A stretch of DNA of 64,000 nucleotides, taken from contig OZ244561.1 of assembly GCA_965217585.1 (NCBI GenBank), positions 2,496,001-2,560,000 on the forward strand, written 5' to 3'. Source of the stretch: Candidatus Latescibacterota bacterium (GTDB lineage Bacteria; Latescibacterota; UBA2968; UBA8231). A program made the position numbers and the translations under genes. The notes below the pieces were generated by a model, which was not told the origin of the DNA, did not search any database, and was given only the letters and a program-made list of their open reading frames with translations. Positions 18,873 through 28,398 of the stretch are shown here, piece by piece; within the stretch, counting starts at the first letter, position 1; every line of letters starts with the position of its first letter.

Positions 18873-20831
18873 ATGATCGGTTCCTTGCTCCTTGCCCTCG
18901 CACTGTTTGCTCCACCGTTACTAGCCGATTCCACCGGCGAGTGGCGCTCGTACGGCGCGACCACGGCCAGTACCAAATACGCCCCTTTCGACCAGATAGA
19001 CGCCACCAATTTCGCCCAGCTAGAAATAGCTTGGACTTGGGCCTCAGCCGATCAGCCTATCCTCGACGCCCATCCAGAAATCTGGACCATGGTCTTTGAG
19101 GGCACGCCCCTCCAAGTCGGCGACAGACTTTACGTTAGCACCTCGCTCAACCAAGTCGCCGCCCTCGACGCCGCAAGCGGCAAAACAATTTGGACCTACG
19201 ACCCGGGCACCTGGAGGTCGGGCACGCCAGCCAACGTCGGCCTAGTCCACCGCGGCGTCTCCTACTGGGAGGACGGCGACGACCGTCGCATTGTCTTTGG
19301 CACCGGCGACGCCTATCTCATCGCCCTCAACGCCGACACCGGCCAACCCATCCAGAGCTTTGGCGACGGTGGCCGCGTCGATTTGACCAAGGGCCTGCGG
19401 CGGCCGGTCGCACGCGAACTCTACGCGGTCACCTCGCCGCCGGTCATCTGTGGCGACATCGCCGTCGTCGGCGCGGTGGTCCTCGACGCCTTTGCCGTTG
19501 GCCGCCCGCCCGACGAGACCATGCCCCCAGGCGATGTGCGCGGCTTCGACGTGCGCACCGGCGCACAAAAGTGGGTCTTTGAAACCATCCCACAGGAAGG
19601 CGCCTTCGGCAACGAGACTTGGGAAGATGGCTCGTGGAAAAACACTGGGAACACCAATGTCTGGACCCTGATGAGCGCCGATCCCGAATTGGGCTACGTC
19701 TATTTGCCGGTGAGCACCCCGACCAACGACTACTATGGCGGGCACCGCCCTGGAGACAATCTCTTCGCCGAGAGCCTCGTCTGCCTCGACGCCGCTACGG
19801 GCGAGCGCGTCTGGCACTCCCAGACCACCCACCACGGGATGTGGGACTACGATCTGCCGGCTGCGCCCAACCTCGTCGATATCAAAGTCGGAGGTCGGGA
19901 AATCAAGGCCGTGGCCCAAGTCACCAAACAGGGCTTCTGCTTCGTCTTCGACCGCCAAACGGGCGAGCCAATCTGGCCCATCGAGGAAAAACCCGTACCG
20001 CAATCCGACATTCCCGGCGAAAAGTCCTCGCCCACCCAACCCATTCCCAGCAAGCCAGCCGCCTTCGAGCGTCAGGGTCTGACTGAAGACGATTTGATCG
20101 ACTTTACGCCAACCCTGCGCCAGATGGCCAAGACCATCGCCGCCGACTACAGCTACGGCCCGCTCTACATGGCGCAGACGGTGGAGAGCATGAATAAGAA
20201 GGGGACGATTCTCGTTCCCGGCATTATCGGCGGAGCGAGCTGGGCCGGTGCTGCGGTCAATCCCCACAAAGGCATAATCTATATTCCGTCCTATACGTTC
20301 CCGGCCGTGCTGACCCTGACCGAAGCTACTGACCCCAACGCCCCCTTCCGCTATACCGGCGGAGTAGAATTCGGCCCTGACGGCCCGCGTGGCCTGCCCT
20401 TGCTCAAGCCGCCTTACGGCCGGATCACCGCCATTGACCTCAACACCGGCGAGCACCGCTGGCAGGTCCCCGTGGGCGAGGGGCCGCGCGACCACCCCAG
20501 CCTTGCCCATCTCGACCTGCCGCCCTTGGGCTGGGCACAGCGCAACTTCCCCATCATCACCGAGAGCTTGCTCTTTGCCGCGACTCAGGCGCAGTGGGAC
20601 GTAGTCAACAACTCGCCCCGAGGCAACGCCGTCGAGGTCAAGATCAATCCCAATGCGCCCTATCTCTGGGCCTTCGACCCGGACGACGGCGCGCTGATGG
20701 GCAAAGTCGAGTTGCCGCGCAACGCCTCGGGCCAGCCCATCACTTATATGGTCGGCGGCAAGCAATACATCGCCATCCCCACCGGGGGGGCCGACCAGCC
20801 GGCCGAGTTGGTGGCGCTGAGCCTGCCCTGA
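18873..20831 (+). CDS. PQQ-dependent (quinoprotein glucose) dehydrogenase
   Basis: Signal peptide; HRGVSYW, TSPP, PTNDYYGGHRPGDNLF, HHGMWDYD, KPPYGRITAIDL, ITYMVGGKQY. Confidence 0.9.
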   Translation: MIGSLLLALALFAPPLLADSTGEWRSYGATTASTKYAPFDQIDATNFAQLEIAWTWASADQPILDAHPEIWTMVFEGTPLQVGDRLYVSTSLNQVAALDAASGKTIWTYDPGTWRSGTPANVGLVHRGVSYWEDGDDRRIVFGTGDAYLIALNADTGQPIQSFGDGGRVDLTKGLRRPVARELYAVTSPPVICGDIAVVGAVVLDAFAVGRPPDETMPPGDVRGFDVRTGAQKWVFETIPQEGAFGNETWEDGSWKNTGNTNVWTLMSADPELGYVYLPVSTPTNDYYGGHRPGDNLFAESLVCLDAATGERVWHSQTTHHGMWDYDLPAAPNLVDIKVGGREIKAVAQVTKQGFCFVFDRQTGEPIWPIEEKPVPQSDIPGEKSSPTQPIPSKPAAFERQGLTEDDLIDFTPTLRQMAKTIAADYSYGPLYMAQTVESMNKKGTILVPGIIGGASWAGAAVNPHKGIIYIPSYTFPAVLTLTEATDPNAPFRYTGGVEFGPDGPRGLPLLKPPYGRITAIDLNTGEHRWQVPVGEGPRDHPSLAHLDLPPLGWAQRNFPIITESLLFAATQAQWDVVNNSPRGNAVEVKINPNAPYLWAFDPDDGALMGKVELPRNASGQPITYMVGGKQYIAIPTGGADQPAELVALSLP

Positions 20832-20850
20832 TAACGGAAAGACCGTGCGC

Positions 20851-20952
20851 ATGAATTCCCCCCTCTTCCGTCTCGAGGCCTCCTCTCCGGCCGACCTAGA
20901 ATCCTTCCACCAAGACGGATTCGCCGCCATGCCCCAAGTATTCATTTGGTAA
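20851..20952 (+). pseudogene. Truncated 5' homologue of the PhyH gene at 24324
   Basis: MNSPLFRLEASSPADLESFHQDGFAAMPQVFIW* versus MNSLFRRQAPSAADLDSFHQDGYIFYPDV; exact 17-mer tccttccaccaagacgg at 20902 and 24372. Confidence 0.8.
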
Positions 20953-20998
20953 TCACCAGCCATCTCCGTCGCCGCTTTAGTACTCTCCGTCCATCCCA

Positions 20999-22282
20999 AT
21001 GAACTTTTTTCGCGGCTTCTCGCTCAAAATCACCTGTACCTTGCTGGTGTTTGCCTTGGGCTTTGCCAACTCGGCGCTGCTGGCCGGCCAACTAGGGAGG
21101 GAACAGTATGGCGTTCTAGCGGTATGGATCAACATCGTCATGCTGGGATCACTGTTCTTGGGGGACTGGCTCAACAAGGGGAACATCTACATAGTGGGGC
21201 GAGAGCGGGCGCGGGAGGCCGCGATCAATCACACCCTATTATACGGTCTCACGTTGGGTGCCCTCCTCTTGCTGAGTGCCCCTTTTAGCCTGAAGATCGC
21301 CAACTTTTTGCTTCCCGGCATTACCTTGGTCCAATGGGTCTTGGGCGTCGGCGTAATTGCGCTCACCGTGCTGCAAAACGCTGGACTTTCCATCCTTTTA
21401 GGCGAAGACCGGCTCAAGCTCCACGCGCTACTGCCCGTGATTTTCATAGTCGTCTATCTAGGAGGCAACCTAGTCCTTTTTCAGCTAGGGGACTTCCGCT
21501 TGGAATGGGTGATGGGGATCTGGATAGGAGCGGTAGGGGCAACGGCACTGGCGGCTTTTGTGCCTTTTCTGTACAACAGCGAGTTCCGCTTTCACTGGGG
21601 AGGGCGATACTGGCTGAAGCAGATATTCCGAGTTGGCTCGCGCGGCGAGGTTTGTGCGGTGCTCATCTTCTTGATGCTCAAAAGCGACATCTTCTTGATC
21701 CGCTACTTTTTGGGAGAGGAAGAAGTCGGCGTGTACAGGGTGGCTACGAACTTTACGGACATGGTGCAGCGCGTGCCCAACGTTGCTTCCCTCGTCCTCC
21801 TCGCCAAGATAGTGCGCGGTCAAGACAGCACGCGGCTCTCCTTGGGCGTCGCACAGGGGGTATTTGCATTTGCTCTCCTTTCGGCTGTTGGCTTGGTCCT
21901 CGGCGGACGCCCGCTATTGAGCATTTTCTTTCCCTTGTATCCAGATGCCTACGCGCCTCTTGTTTGGCTGTTGCCCGGCATGTTGTTTTTGGGTTGCGGG
22001 GCCGTGTTCAACGCCAAGCTAATGGGCGAGGGCTACCCCTCCATAACCCTCTGGGCACCGGGCGTCGCGCTGGCGGCCAACTTGGCCCTGAACCTATTGT
22101 TGATCCCCAAGCTGGGCCTGCGCGGTGCCGCCCTATCTACTTCGCTCGCGTATGCGTTGTGGGGCGTGCTGACGGCCTCTTATTACTTGCGTCTAAACCG
22201 GCTGGGCTGGCGGGCTGTCTTCGCGCCGCCCTCTTTTGGGCAAGAGAAAAAGCCGGCGGCGAAGCAACCACCATCCGTATGA
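20999..22282 (+). CDS. Wzx/MATE-like polysaccharide flippase
   Basis: Many TM helices; LGREQYG, D..LI.YFLG.EEVGVY, NLLLIPKLGLRGAA. Confidence 0.85.
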   Translation: MNFFRGFSLKITCTLLVFALGFANSALLAGQLGREQYGVLAVWINIVMLGSLFLGDWLNKGNIYIVGRERAREAAINHTLLYGLTLGALLLLSAPFSLKIANFLLPGITLVQWVLGVGVIALTVLQNAGLSILLGEDRLKLHALLPVIFIVVYLGGNLVLFQLGDFRLEWVMGIWIGAVGATALAAFVPFLYNSEFRFHWGGRYWLKQIFRVGSRGEVCAVLIFLMLKSDIFLIRYFLGEEEVGVYRVATNFTDMVQRVPNVASLVLLAKIVRGQDSTRLSLGVAQGVFAFALLSAVGLVLGGRPLLSIFFPLYPDAYAPLVWLLPGMLFLGCGAVFNAKLMGEGYPSITLWAPGVALAANLALNLLLIPKLGLRGAALSTSLAYALWGVLTASYYLRLNRLGWRAVFAPPSFGQEKKPAAKQPPSV

Positions 22283-22296
22283 AGGAGATATATAAT

Positions 22297-22548
22297 ATGA
22301 GAAGCGGTTACAATAAGACCAATCAGATCGTGGGGATAGCGGCCGCAACTTTGCAACGACTTATGGAAGAGGATATGGATTTTATAATCCCACTAGGGGT
22401 GAAACTCGAAGACAATGGGGATATATTCCTCGCAGAATTTCCCAAGTGCAACTCAAAAGATGTGTTGCAGCTAAACTCAAAACTCGTAGCCTCTTCAGTT
22501 GTGAAGAAAGCTCGATATACATTGGTTCCCAAGCCTCCGAAGTGGTAA
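22297..22548 (+). CDS. Small low-GC hypothetical protein (83 aa)
   Basis: Strong RBS GAAGGAG at 22281; ATG 22297; stop abuts the methyltransferase stop. Confidence 0.55.
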   Translation: MRSGYNKTNQIVGIAAATLQRLMEEDMDFIIPLGVKLEDNGDIFLAEFPKCNSKDVLQLNSKLVASSVVKKARYTLVPKPPKW

Positions 22549-23865
22549 CTAACTGTTCCATCGCAAAAGAACAACCTCTTCTCGTAAATGCTCTTGAGTC
22601 GCTGTAGAGAACCGCGTACGAAATAGATCGATGTCCGTTACTTCATAGCCAAGCTCTTCCGCTATACTTGCTAAAAGCTCTCCCGTGCGAATTAAAATCC
22701 TGAAGAAAGAAGCCTGATCTCCGACGACATAAGCGAGCTGGGCACCCGGTGCTAAAACTCGTTTTAATTCTTCTAAGTGGCGCACCATACCTCCAAAATA
22801 CAATCTCACTACTCGAGCATAGAGTTTTTCAAACCCCGACGTTTTTCCCAGCTCTATCCTACGAGCTTCTATTCGATCCGCCAACTCTTGTATACGTTCA
22901 TTATCTTCAACCCAGTTCTCGTCTGTATCTGCTTTATACACTGCTCTAGTATTGGATCGAAGCAATTTCTGCTTTTGTCGACGCAGATCGGCACGATTGT
23001 TTATATAACCAAGTAAAACAGATTCAAGACGAGTCGTTCTCGTATAATCTTTTTCATTGGGATATGGAGGAGAGGTTATAACGGCATCAAACATCAACGG
23101 CTCTAAGCAGGGATCTACGCTGCGGGAGTCCGTAAGTTTTACTAGCGATGGTACACCTTTATAGCGCTTGATCTGGGTATGGCATAAATCATTAGCCATA
23201 TCTTTTATGCCCTTTAACCAAGGTGCAATAACCGGAGCATCTTCTTTCGGCTTACCAACTCCAACTTCTGGCCCAAAACGCAAATTACTGATACTGTAAA
23301 CTAGCTGTTTAGCAAGTGCTAACCTTTCATGTGCAATTAGATGTTCATCTGAATTTTTATTTAGGTTATTTATGAGTGTAAGAGCTTTATGGAGTGGTTT
23401 AGGGCTTATGGAGTTTTTGATGAGCAACGATTCTAATTGAGGGTCTAAGGGCTTTAGATTCATTTCGTCGCCGTTAATATAGGGCTTGAAAATAGGATCG
23501 TCTTCAATACCTTCTTTTTTTAATTGAGCCTCTACTTCTTTAGCAACACCCCTAGCATGTCTAACCAGCTTATCGGGATCTATATCCCATAGTACCTTAG
23601 TTTGAGCGAAGAACTGCACCACAGGATTGGCCTCTAAGCCTGCACTAGGGATACCATTCTTCTTGCACTCAACTATGGTTGTTCCCGTACCACAAAATGG
23701 GTCCAAGACCCAGTGGTACTTTGTCAAGCCAAACCTTTCAATGTAGTTACGAACCAAGTGAGGCGGATAGGAAAGAACAAACCGATACCATTCGTGGACA
23801 GGCAAATCTTCTGCGTAAATTCGATTTAATTCTTCCCCGGTTTTATTTTGCACTGCATATACCAT
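22549..23865 (-). CDS. Amino-type DNA methyltransferase, probably N4-cytosine (alternative start 23907)
   Basis: Motif I DPFCGTGTT precedes motif IV TSPPY (alpha order); VHEWYRF, YVVGD; low GC. Confidence 0.9.
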   Translation of the reverse strand: MVYAVQNKTGEELNRIYAEDLPVHEWYRFVLSYPPHLVRNYIERFGLTKYHWVLDPFCGTGTTIVECKKNGIPSAGLEANPVVQFFAQTKVLWDIDPDKLVRHARGVAKEVEAQLKKEGIEDDPIFKPYINGDEMNLKPLDPQLESLLIKNSISPKPLHKALTLINNLNKNSDEHLIAHERLALAKQLVYSISNLRFGPEVGVGKPKEDAPVIAPWLKGIKDMANDLCHTQIKRYKGVPSLVKLTDSRSVDPCLEPLMFDAVITSPPYPNEKDYTRTTRLESVLLGYINNRADLRRQKQKLLRSNTRAVYKADTDENWVEDNERIQELADRIEARRIELGKTSGFEKLYARVVRLYFGGMVRHLEELKRVLAPGAQLAYVVGDQASFFRILIRTGELLASIAEELGYEVTDIDLFRTRFSTATQEHLREEVVLLRWNS

Positions 23866-23890
23866 TTCTTTACCTTTCTCAATCTTGGAC

Positions 23891-24148
23891 CTAAGCCTTG
23901 TCTTCAACAGAAGAGTCTATCGTTTCGCCGAGACTGTAAACGGGAGCCAATTCGCCGATCATATCACTCATCTTCTGTCTTTCAGATGAGTTTGCCAACA
24001 ATTGATTAAAGTCCGCTAAACTCATTATGATTGCTTGAGATACATTGCGTCGTTTGACAATATATCTAGTCCGATCCTGAACGACTGAGTCTATTACCTG
24101 GCCAAAGTTATTTTGAGCTTTGGTCGATGCTATGACTTTTGTTTCCAT
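23891..24148 (-). CDS. Phd/YefM-family antitoxin-like DNA-binding protein
   Basis: IASTKAQNNFGQVID.V......IV.R......I.S fits the Phd_YefM pattern; AGGAG RBS. Confidence 0.8.
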   Translation of the reverse strand: METKVIASTKAQNNFGQVIDSVVQDRTRYIVKRRNVSQAIIMSLADFNQLLANSSERQKMSDMIGELAPVYSLGETIDSSVEDKA

Positions 24149-24168
24149 AGAGTAAATATCTCCTGATT

Positions 24169-24220
24169 TAGGTATATTAGCTAATATAGCTTATATACCT
24201 ATACAATATGTCTCTGTCAA
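24169..24220 (-). promoter_or_regulatory. Promoter (TTGACA-N17-TATATA) overlapped by a palindromic operator with 15-bp arms
   Basis: taggtatattagcta-ata-tagcttatataccta (24169-24201, 14/15); TTGACA at 24220-24215. Confidence 0.7.
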
Positions 24221-24323
24221 GACCCTGATGGTAGAACCAGAAAGGTAGCCTCCCAATCTCCTAGGATAGGACGAGTTGCGAGACGCTGCTTCGCACTCGG
24301 TAGCTAAAGACTAAGGAACCGCC

Positions 24324-25142
24324 ATGAATTCATTATTTCGCCGCCAAGCCCCCTCCGCAGCCGACTTGGACTCCTTCCACCAAGACGGCTATATCTTCTA
24401 CCCGGACGTACTCAAGGACGAGGCCCGGCGCAGCCTAACCAACGAAATCCTCGGCCTCGACTCGGTCCGCCACTACCTCGACGCCTTGGACGAAAAACCC
24501 GCCGCGGCCCAGTCCTACTTCGTCCGCCCTTGGAACGACCGCGGCCCGTGCGGCGACCGCCTCATCGATGATCCCTTCGTCACCGCACTGCTGCAAGCCA
24601 CCATCGGCCCAAGCTACCACTTCTGCCACTCCGCCCTCAACCTCGCCCCGCGCGGCATAGGCCCCATTCCCTACCACCAAGATCACCACCACTGGAAACA
24701 CGAAAACCCCATCAACTTCGCCGAGCGCGACAAGTATTACATCCAAATTCTCTACTATCCCAATGGCTTTACACTCGGCGACCGCAACCTCAAGGTCATT
24801 CCCGGCAGCCACCTAGTCGCCCCGACCCCAGAGGCCACGCCTGAACGCATGCTGGCCGGGGCATACGACGCAGAGGCCGGGCGCGAGCTAAAAGAGATGC
24901 GGCTCTCAGTGCCTCCGGGCAGCATGGTCTATATCAACGCTCGGATCTTCCACGCCGTCGAGGCCAAACCCACCGACTCCCCCCAACCCTATCGCATCTT
25001 CAACATCGACATCTTCAAAGAAGCTGGGCCGCCGCATCGCTATACTCAGGAGATTACGCCCGAGTGGATTGCACGCGCCAGTCCCACACGCAAAAGACTC
25101 TTTCTCCGCGAGCCTTATACAGAAGGATGCTGGGCGGCCTGA
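24324..25142 (+). CDS. PhyH-family dioxygenase
   Basis: FHQDGY, YHQD, VIPGSH, PGSMVYINARIFH. Confidence 0.9.
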   Translation: MNSLFRRQAPSAADLDSFHQDGYIFYPDVLKDEARRSLTNEILGLDSVRHYLDALDEKPAAAQSYFVRPWNDRGPCGDRLIDDPFVTALLQATIGPSYHFCHSALNLAPRGIGPIPYHQDHHHWKHENPINFAERDKYYIQILYYPNGFTLGDRNLKVIPGSHLVAPTPEATPERMLAGAYDAEAGRELKEMRLSVPPGSMVYINARIFHAVEAKPTDSPQPYRIFNIDIFKEAGPPHRYTQEITPEWIARASPTRKRLFLREPYTEGCWAA

Positions 25143-25252
25143 GCTGGCGTTTTTCGGATACGCATGGCAACATTCTACTCAAGAGTTAATACCACCTTCC
25201 ACTGTCTGCCGCACACAGGAGCAAGTGCCGTCTTCGCTATAGGAGCTTTACC

Positions 25253-26428
25253 ATGAGAGTAGCCGCCATCGCCACCATCTACTATCCCAAGTCGCATGCC
25301 GACGTCATTGCCACCAAGTTTATGAAGGGCATGTCCACGGACGAGGGCCTGATGTCCCCGGAAGTGGACCTAGTATCCCTGTACATCGACCATGTGCTGG
25401 AAAACGATATCGGCGTGGGCTTGGCCCAAGAGTACGGGGTACCCATCTATCCCAGCATCCGCCGCGCCCTGCACGCTGGTGCCGACCAGCTCAATGTAGA
25501 TGCGGTGTTGCTCATCGGTGAACACGGCGACTACCCCTGGAACGAGCGGGGCCGCCACATGTACCCGCGCCGCTATTTCTTCGAGCAAATCGCTGGCGTC
25601 TTTGCCGAGAGTGGCCGCTCGGTGCCCGTATTTTCAGACAAGCATTTCGCGTATGACTTTAGGGACGCCCGGTGGATGTGGGACCGGGCTGAAGAACTGG
25701 CCATCCCGCTGATGGCTGGGTCGTCGCTGCCCTTGGCTTGGCGCTCCCCCTGGCTGGAGCATCCCAAGGAGACGCCCATTGACGAAGCTCTATCCATCGG
25801 CTACGGTGGCATCGAGGCATACGGGTACCACGCTTTAGAGACTTTGCAGTGTATGGTTGAACGGCGGAGCGGTGGCGAGCAGGGGGTGGTGTGGGTGCAG
25901 TGCCTCGAAGGGGACGATGTGTGGCGCGCCCGCGACGAGGGGCTGTGGTCCGGGGAGCTGGCCGAGGCCGCTTGCGCCGCCATTGCCAAAAAGCCGGATG
26001 GGCCCATGGAGGAACATACCAAAGAGCCAGCCGTCTTCCGCATGGAACACCGCGACGGCTTGCGCACGGCGACATTGATGCTCAACGGCTACGTCAGCGA
26101 CTTCGCCTATGCCGCACGAATAGGAGGACAGGTGCAGGCCACGGAGTTCTACTTGCAGAACGGGGGGCCGTTTGCCCACTTCGGCTATCTATGCCGCAAC
26201 ATCCAGCAGTTTTTCAAAACGGGCCAAGCCCCGTATCCGCCCGAGCGCACCCTGTTGACGACCGGGGTTATCGACGCGGCGATGAATTCGCGCTACGAAG
26301 GGCACCGACGAGTCGAGACGCCTTACCTAAACATCGCGTACCAGTCTTACGACCAGATGCCGCAGCGGCCACAGGGGCCACGCCCCAGCGGTGCCTGCAT
26401 TGATCCGCAGTCGCCCGACATTCTGTAA
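25253..26428 (+). CDS. Conserved protein, Gfo/Idh/MocA-like oxidoreductase
   Basis: VLLIGEHGDYP, PVFSDKH, AGSSLP, YGYHALE, PYPPERTLLTTG. Confidence 0.7.
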   Translation: MRVAAIATIYYPKSHADVIATKFMKGMSTDEGLMSPEVDLVSLYIDHVLENDIGVGLAQEYGVPIYPSIRRALHAGADQLNVDAVLLIGEHGDYPWNERGRHMYPRRYFFEQIAGVFAESGRSVPVFSDKHFAYDFRDARWMWDRAEELAIPLMAGSSLPLAWRSPWLEHPKETPIDEALSIGYGGIEAYGYHALETLQCMVERRSGGEQGVVWVQCLEGDDVWRARDEGLWSGELAEAACAAIAKKPDGPMEEHTKEPAVFRMEHRDGLRTATLMLNGYVSDFAYAARIGGQVQATEFYLQNGGPFAHFGYLCRNIQQFFKTGQAPYPPERTLLTTGVIDAAMNSRYEGHRRVETPYLNIAYQSYDQMPQRPQGPRPSGACIDPQSPDIL

Positions 26429-26431
26429 GAC

Positions 26432-26863
26432 TTAGTGTGCGCCGCGCCGGAAGAAGGCGTCGAGAGAGTAGCGCCCCGCGCCTGTTAGAAACAGCGTGGC
26501 AAAGGGGAAAAAGTACAACAGGGCGAATTCCTTTTTCGCCCAGGGGTCGTCCCCGTGTATGATAAGCACGGCCACTAGCATAGTGACCATGAGTGGCACG
26601 ACAGCCCAGCGAGTGGCGAATCCCAAAATCACCGCTAGGGCGCAAAACGCTTCGGCACCCGTGGCCAAGGCCATGCTCAGCGATGAGCCGATGCCCAAGG
26701 GATCGGGGAACGAGGAGGAACGCTCCGCAAAACTGGTCAATTTACCCCAGCCGTGGCCGAGCAACATCATACCGCCGACGGACACCCTCAACAGCAGCAG
26801 CCCCAGTGAATAGCCAATACCGGCCGAGGGGGCCGGGCCGCACAACAGTCTTCTTAGAATCAT
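26432..26863 (-). CDS. DoxX family membrane protein
   Basis: LLLLRV..G.M...HGWGK, GAGRYSLD. Confidence 0.9.
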   Translation of the reverse strand: MILRRLLCGPAPSAGIGYSLGLLLLRVSVGGMMLLGHGWGKLTSFAERSSSFPDPLGIGSSLSMALATGAEAFCALAVILGFATRWAVVPLMVTMLVAVLIIHGDDPWAKKEFALLYFFPFATLFLTGAGRYSLDAFFRRGAH

Positions 26864-26887
26864 ATTCTCTCCTTGGGTCAGCCGACT

Positions 26888-27202
26888 TCAGTCCTTCAAT
26901 TCGACGACAATATTCCGCCACGGCCCTTCGCCGACGTTAAACGCCTCGTGAACTGCCTCCCCTTCGACCGCGTTGAACCGCACCTCCCCATCCTGCATAT
27001 CCCTAGCCTCCCCGCGATCTCCCTCTGCATCGGCCGCCTGCAACCGGCCGTCGCCAATAACTACATATAGGTAGTCGTGCTCGTGCCGGTGCACTCCCGT
27101 GCTCTCGCCCGGTGCCAACCGCAGATCCCAAACCCGCACCCGCTCATTCTCAAAAAGCAACTGCGTTCCCACCTCTGGCGAAACGGTTTCGTTTGTTTTC
27201 AT
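26888..27202 (-). CDS. Cupin domain protein
   Basis: LFENERVRVW...PGE...HRHEH...H...N. Confidence 0.85.
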   Translation of the reverse strand: MKTNETVSPEVGTQLLFENERVRVWDLRLAPGESTGVHRHEHDYLYVVIGDGRLQAADAEGDRGEARDMQDGEVRFNAVEGEAVHEAFNVGEGPWRNIVVELKD

Positions 27203-27408
27203 AATCCTCCTCCTTTTGCGCCCAAGATATACTTAGGGGTACCCACTCACAACCCCACTTGCGCTTGCCAAGGCCGCCGCTGCGATAAGCAATAAAGATA
27301 CAATAGACGCTATTCGCGGGACGAGCTACGCTTGTCCCGCCCACCGCCCTTGAGATAAGGAGCAAATTGCGTTTTATTTCGGAACCGCTATGCCAGGAGA
27401 ATGACGCC

Positions 27409-28269
27409 ATGACTAACCAGATTGACTACGCTTTCAAGGCCGTGCCGACCCACGACGAACTGCGCGAAATGGACCGCGACTTGCGCTTCTATCCTTGCAC
27501 GGTCGATGACCCCACCACCCTCACTACCGAACAGACCGCCGCTTTTAACCAAGGCGGCTACCTCAAGGGCCTGCGAATTTTCGACGACGCCGAGATCGCC
27601 GAGCACCGGGATTTCTTCGACGAGCAACTGAGAAAGGTTATGGCCGCCGGCTATGGCAGCTTCACCCTCAGCTCGGCGCATCTCAAATTCGCCAAGGTCT
27701 ATGACCTCATGCACCATCCCAAGATCCTCGCCTACGTCCACGATCTCCTCGGCCCCGAACTGATCGGCTTGGCGTCACACTACTTTTGCAAGATGCCCAA
27801 GGACGGCACAACCGTCTCCTGGCACCAGGACGCCAGCTACTGGCCGCTGACTCCCTCCAAGACGGCGACCGTCTGGCTGGCCGTTGACGACGCCGATATC
27901 GACAATGGCTGTATGCGCTTCGTCGCTGGCTCACACCTCTACGGCCAGCTCGAATTCCGCCCGAGTGACGCTTCGGAAAATAACGTCCTCAATCAGACGG
28001 TGGAAGAGGTTGAGCGCTACGGCGAGATCGTCGATGTCGAGCTCCAGGCCGGCGAGGTCTCGATTCACTCCGACCTGCTTTTGCACAGCTCGCACTACAA
28101 CGAATCGGACCGCCGGCGCTGCGGGCTAACCTTGCGCTACTGCACCCCCGATGTGCGTGCGATCCCCGGCTACTCTTGGGAGAAGGAGGGCGTGCTGATC
28201 AACGCCGCCGACCCGGCTGGCCATTGGGGCAACCCGGCCCGACCCGAGCGCGACTACGAGGTGGCCTGA
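27409..28269 (+). CDS. PhyH-family dioxygenase
   Basis: WHQDASYWP, NGCMRFVAGSH, HSDLLLHSS; AGGAG RBS. Confidence 0.9.
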   Translation: MTNQIDYAFKAVPTHDELREMDRDLRFYPCTVDDPTTLTTEQTAAFNQGGYLKGLRIFDDAEIAEHRDFFDEQLRKVMAAGYGSFTLSSAHLKFAKVYDLMHHPKILAYVHDLLGPELIGLASHYFCKMPKDGTTVSWHQDASYWPLTPSKTATVWLAVDDADIDNGCMRFVAGSHLYGQLEFRPSDASENNVLNQTVEEVERYGEIVDVELQAGEVSIHSDLLLHSSHYNESDRRRCGLTLRYCTPDVRAIPGYSWEKEGVLINAADPAGHWGNPARPERDYEVA

Positions 28270-28398
28270 GTCGCCTAGCGCGGCTCTACGGGCTTCACCG
28301 CGCCTGTCCTGCTTAGCAGGCGTAAAAATCAACCGCAAGCTAGGTCCGCTGCCCCGTGCATCTGACGGGTCTGGTCCTTGCTACAAATAGAGATGCCG

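Noticed and set aside
19242-20999. 585-aa antisense ORF (also 28507-29394, 16797-17582, 11573-12334)
   Set aside because: Shadow ORFs opposite well-supported genes, expected at high GC
22281-22299. GAAGGAGATATATAATATG resembles the T7 gene 10 / pET RBS
   Set aside because: Not an exact match and no other vector sequence; treated as a native RBS
21334-22548. 404-aa ORF in the track
   Set aside because: Mostly an off-frame overlap of the flippase; only the last 83 codons have an RBS and different composition
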